64,000 nt of DNA, from the NCBI GenBank assembly GCA_949372645.1, contig CASIAP010000001.1, positions 17,802 to 81,801 of the forward strand. The letters run 5' to 3'. This stretch comes from Candidatus Poseidoniaceae archaeon. Its GTDB lineage: Archaea > Thermoplasmatota > Poseidoniia > Poseidoniales > Poseidoniaceae. Each line of letters begins with the position of its first letter. Position 1 is the first letter of the stretch. The position numbers and the translations under genes are program-made. The notes below the pieces were generated by a model that saw nothing but the letters and a program-made list of their open reading frames with translations, was not told the DNA's origin and searched no databases. Below, one piece after another: positions 60,401 through 64,000 of the stretch.

Positions 60401-61493
60401 TTCTACTTCTTTAGAGAAGAACTCGAGTGAATTGCCTGAATTCCAAGCGGGCATGGATACCCCTCCAACTCCTCCTTCATCGGAAATCCCGCCTCTACCG
60501 CCTTCATCGCAAACCCCACCTCCGCTACCTCCATCGGCTGACTCACAGGCACATGATGAAGCAGCATCGCCTGCTCAGCCAGATGATGAAGCATCGCCTG
60601 CTATGACTGAAGAAGTAATGGCACTGTCTCAACAACTCGAGACGATGGTCATGGGCGTGGCCCAACAAGACACCAATTCATTAGCAGGTACTGAACTTGA
60701 AATTGGTGAAGCAAGACGATTCCTCCATTCGCATAAACTTCGACATGCAATGGCCAGTGTAGCCAAAGCTGAAGCATCACTCATTGAACTCGAAGAAGAT
60801 GTGTTGTATCTTCGACGTAACATTGCTATGTTACATCGCCTGTTAAACGAAAAGAAAGTGAGTGAACGAGATATCGAAACGATCCTTATTCGTCTTCGTA
60901 GCGCCACTGGTGCTGCTGAAATTGGAGATGTGGGTGGTGCAGCAGGAGAAGTTGAATTCCTCGTTGATGATTTGATTGGTGGAAACACATCGACGCTCAA
61001 TCCCTTTTTGTTCCGTCACTTTTGGATGGGCTTAGAAACACGATGGCCTGCTGGCGGTGACGAAGGAGTTCTTGTTGTCCGCATCATCAACGATGGGCCA
61101 GTGGCTATGCCGCCTATGCGTCTTGCTCCTCCCGTCCCTGAGGGTTGGACTTCTACCCCAACTTCAGTTGACCTTCCAACCATTGCACCAGGGGGAAATC
61201 TTCCTGTTCGGTTCAATGTGGCTACGAATCGACGCCAATCCACCGATGAAGTACCGCTCTCGCGTAAACTCGCCATTTCGACCGGTTATGAAATTCGAAC
61301 CGGTGAAGTCTTCCTTACCATTCGGGCTCAGAACCGCTCAATGGAGCCTATCTCGGATGTTCTCCTCTCACCATGGTTCCCACCCGGTTATACCTCTGAT
61401 ACGATTCCTTTTGTGGAGCGACTTGCTCCAGACGAAGTGGCCATCATTCGAATGCCACTTCGTATCAACATGAATTCAGGAGGTCATTCCTGA
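60387..61493 (+). CDS. Uncharacterised soluble protein (Pro-rich N-terminus, coiled coil, Ig-like C-terminus)
   Basis: Overlaps the upstream stop; SD GGAGGTGA; no signal peptide or TM segment visible. Confidence 0.75.
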   Translation: MTMPDSTSLEKNSSELPEFQAGMDTPPTPPSSEIPPLPPSSQTPPPLPPSADSQAHDEAASPAQPDDEASPAMTEEVMALSQQLETMVMGVAQQDTNSLAGTELEIGEARRFLHSHKLRHAMASVAKAEASLIELEEDVLYLRRNIAMLHRLLNEKKVSERDIETILIRLRSATGAAEIGDVGGAAGEVEFLVDDLIGGNTSTLNPFLFRHFWMGLETRWPAGGDEGVLVVRIINDGPVAMPPMRLAPPVPEGWTSTPTSVDLPTIAPGGNLPVRFNVATNRRQSTDEVPLSRKLAISTGYEIRTGEVFLTIRAQNRSMEPISDVLLSPWFPPGYTSDTIPFVERLAPDEVAIIRMPLRINMNSGGHS

Positions 61494-61540
61494 ATCAATC
61501 CTATTCCACCCCTTCTAGGGTGATTATAAAAGGTGAAATT

Positions 61541-62113
61541 ATGAAAGAAAATACAAACGAAAAAAGCGATAATCTCGCAGCGATTGGTATTGGTGCCATG
61601 ATTGTCTTCATCGCACTGATTTTGGTAGCAGCAGTTGCAGCCGCAGTCATTATTCAGACGGCAGAAAAATTACAACAAAATGCTCAAACGACTGGTTCAG
61701 AGACAACAGACATGCTGTCTTCCAAAATCATTGTAATGAGTGTCATTGTTTCTGAAAGTGGAACTGATCCATCACTCTACATCACTTTTGAACTCGCCCC
61801 AGGCTCTGCAGATATCGCTCCAATTAATGTGGATTGGTCCATTATTTGCCCTGAAGGTGCTGCATTCGGCAACTTTAACGCTGCTAGTGCAGTTGGAACA
61901 GATGCTTCTGTTGCGAATGGCAACGGTCTGTTGGTTGCACACACCACTTACACCATGGAAATCGTAACTGGAACGGGGGCGGGTAATCTTAGAGAATGTG
62001 GACCGGCAGCAGATGCCGATCATACTCTGCTGATTCAATCGAAGGCCGGTGGCTTTACGTTTGAAACTTTGAATTATGGCTCAGATATTAGTACAGGATC
62101 GGTGGTCGTATGA
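61541..62113 (+). CDS. flaB: Archaellin (ArlB/FlaB)
   Basis: Class III signal peptide followed by AIGIGAMIVFIALILVAAVAAAVIIQTAEKLQQ; LAPGS motif; SD AGGTGA. Confidence 0.95.
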   Translation: MKENTNEKSDNLAAIGIGAMIVFIALILVAAVAAAVIIQTAEKLQQNAQTTGSETTDMLSSKIIVMSVIVSESGTDPSLYITFELAPGSADIAPINVDWSIICPEGAAFGNFNAASAVGTDASVANGNGLLVAHTTYTMEIVTGTGAGNLRECGPAADADHTLLIQSKAGGFTFETLNYGSDISTGSVVV

Positions 62114-62721
62114 AGACTGAAGCACGAGAGATCCAAGATGACAAGTTTGCAGCGATTGGTATTGGTGCTATGATTGTGTTTATCGCATTGATTTTGGTAG
62201 CAGCAGTTGCCGCCGCAGTCATTATCCAAACCGCAGAAAAACTCCAACAGAATGCGCAAACAACCGGTGAGGACACATCTAAAAATTTGGCAGGAAAACT
62301 CTTGGTCAATGCTGGTTTTGTGTCCACTGGAGAACAGACCGGATTTAACGCTGGAGATTCATACACATTGTATGTTCGTCTTGCACCCGGTAGTAAACCT
62401 GTGAAGATTTCGGAAATTACCTTCCAACTCATGTGTTCAAGTGGCATCATTGAAGGTACATTTGGAACCCCAACCGGCGGACAAATCGCCTTGCTCGACG
62501 ATGGTATCATACTCCAGGGTGCTGTAGAGTTACAACCCGGACAACCTTACGTTCTTTGGATTCTTGCTGTCGGCGGAGGAGCCGATTGCGGACCAGAACA
62601 ACCGACCGTCGATGGTGGTCGAGACACAACGGTTCAACTCTATCTGCATGTAGGGACTGGTGGGACGACTTACGAAGTCCTCACACTTGGTTCAGATGTA
62701 GCAGGCTCAGAGGTGATTTGA
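62110..62721 (+). CDS. flaB: Archaellin (ArlB/FlaB), second copy
   Basis: Same conserved N-terminal helix; VRLAPGS motif; ATGA overlap with the first archaellin. Confidence 0.95.
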   Translation: MKTEAREIQDDKFAAIGIGAMIVFIALILVAAVAAAVIIQTAEKLQQNAQTTGEDTSKNLAGKLLVNAGFVSTGEQTGFNAGDSYTLYVRLAPGSKPVKISEITFQLMCSSGIIEGTFGTPTGGQIALLDDGIILQGAVELQPGQPYVLWILAVGGGADCGPEQPTVDGGRDTTVQLYLHVGTGGTTYEVLTLGSDVAGSEVI

Positions 62722-62762
62722 GACATCTTGGCTTCGGCTAAGATTGTTAAGGAGGAATATGT

Positions 62763-63599
62763 ATGGCATGGCCTTTTAGTAAAAATACAAACCAAAACCA
62801 AGATGCAGATGCAGCTCTTACGGAAGAACGCCTCAAAATTATGGCAAATATTGCCATTGAGCAGGTACCTCTTCCAGAAGAAGGAGAACTCAACCCTGAA
62901 GATGCGTGGACTATTAACCCTGGAGTCACCATGGCTCGCCTCAACAGTATAGGTAGTGTACCTACCGTTGCTGCAAGTCTTTCACCCGCTACTGCGGCCC
63001 CTACCCAAGTGAACACAACCGTGGACACTTCTGGGCTTGAGCGACTCATCAGTAATCGTCTTGATATGGTTGAAGATGTCCTACGCATGGTAGAAGTTCG
63101 ATTGAATGAAAGTCCGTCAGGAGCTCAAGGTGAATCGCATCATGAAGGTGATGGTGATCATTCCGCTCTTGGTGGCGATACTATCGTGACGGCTTCTGGT
63201 GAAGTGATTAATGTCCCTGGAACCGACCGAATGATGGGTACAGATGAAGCTCCACTCGTGGAACTGTACGAAGCACAAGCCTTGGCAGCAAATCCATTTT
63301 TACACGCACCTTCCTTTGGTGCGACCGCTGACTCAAATCAAGTCGGTGCACCTACAATTTCTGCCCTCTTGCTCGACAATATGTCGGGTATGGCAGCAGT
63401 GAGTTTTGCCCAAAAAGCAATGGCTTCCGGTATGCTTTCAGACGAGGAAGGTCGAAAGGTACTGGCTATTGTTCAACTTGCAGAACCAGGTCAATCAGAA
63501 GCAGCCCTCGACGATCATTTGACGCACAAGGAGTTGCTCACGTTTTCATCGCTTGTAAGTTCATGGCGAAACGTGAAATCACTTCGAGGTGAAGTCTGA
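62763..63599 (+). CDS. Divergent archaellum accessory protein, ArlC/D/E-like
   Basis: Position after the archaellins; coiled coil plus LYE....NPF (FlaC-like motif); helical C-terminus reminiscent of FlaD/E. Confidence 0.55.
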   Translation: MAWPFSKNTNQNQDADAALTEERLKIMANIAIEQVPLPEEGELNPEDAWTINPGVTMARLNSIGSVPTVAASLSPATAAPTQVNTTVDTSGLERLISNRLDMVEDVLRMVEVRLNESPSGAQGESHHEGDGDHSALGGDTIVTASGEVINVPGTDRMMGTDEAPLVELYEAQALAANPFLHAPSFGATADSNQVGAPTISALLLDNMSGMAAVSFAQKAMASGMLSDEEGRKVLAIVQLAEPGQSEAALDDHLTHKELLTFSSLVSSWRNVKSLRGEV

Positions 63600-63600
63600 C

Positions 63601-64000
63601 ATGGGCGCTTCGGTTGGGGTTGGAGGTCTCATTATTGGGATCTCTATGTTGGTGGTCTTTTCTATGGCTGTTACGACATTGAGTAATCAAACGGCTACTT
63701 CAATGGAAGCTTTAGAATCCGCTCAAACTCCCAATCCGATCATCACCATAAATAACGCCAATGTGACCTTATTTGCCGTGAATTCAATACAAGTGACATT
63801 TGGAGGTGCAAGCAACAGTTATGATGCCGGCTTCCTCACATCTGAAAGTTGTGAAGGATTCAATGCGAGTTTTACTGTTGCTACTGGCGTTATTGAAAAC
63901 AATGTCGTCGTTAACAGTGCAGGAAGTTGTCTCGAAGTCCCTACAGACATGGTTGTTGAAAACCAAGCGGATGAAGGTGCAACTTTCCTGGTTGATACCA
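63601..64000 (+). CDS. ArlF/ArlG-like archaellum accessory protein (runs off the window end)
   Basis: SD GAGGTGA, ATG 63601, MGASVGVGGLIIGISMLVVFSMAV N-terminal TM typical of FlaF/G. Frame appears open to the window end; not in the ORF track. Confidence 0.65.
   Translation, partial: MGASVGVGGLIIGISMLVVFSMAVTTLSNQTATSMEALESAQTPNPIITINNANVTLFAVNSIQVTFGGASNSYDAGFLTSESCEGFNASFTVATGVIENNVVVNSAGSCLEVPTDMVVENQADEGATFLVDT

Noticed and set aside
60552-60602. Short duplication atgatgaagca(gca)tcgcctgct
   Set aside because: In-frame duplication in a low-complexity linker (DEAASPA/DEASPA), with no sign of an insertion element.

Overview
64 kb of densely packed archaeal chromosome. TBP, two archaellins, a KaiC/RAD55-like ATPase, many giant PKD/CARDB surface proteins and several bacterial-type enzymes point to Marine Group II Euryarchaeota (Ca. 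Poseidoniales); this is inferred from gene content. The window holds about 36 protein genes. I found no rRNA, tRNA, CRISPR array or mobile element. Housekeeping genes: glmS, maf, sepF, tbp, mvk, mutY, cysS, trxA, a MutS-like gene, ileS, nadE, trhO, bcp, ccmA/ccmC and aconitase X. These are interleaved with about eight large exported or membrane-anchored proteins, and the window ends in an archaellum operon. Main observations: (1) a non-canonical promoter hexamer TT(C/G)A(A/T)(G/A) sits 29-30 nt before at least 14 apparently leaderless start codons, while tbp keeps a canonical TATA box; (2) three uncharacterised genes, including a ~1700-aa multi-Ig, multi-TM protein, lead directly into the archaellin operon; (3) tandem giant PKD paralogues share a Trp-rich cytoplasmic tail motif and lie immediately upstream of sepF; (4) IleRS has a GIHH signature, aconitase X is fused large-then-small, and there are Reelin-like and Frag1/DRAM-like proteins. 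Three genes are broken by four single-base indels, most likely sequencing errors. All family calls come from motif recognition; no database search was run.
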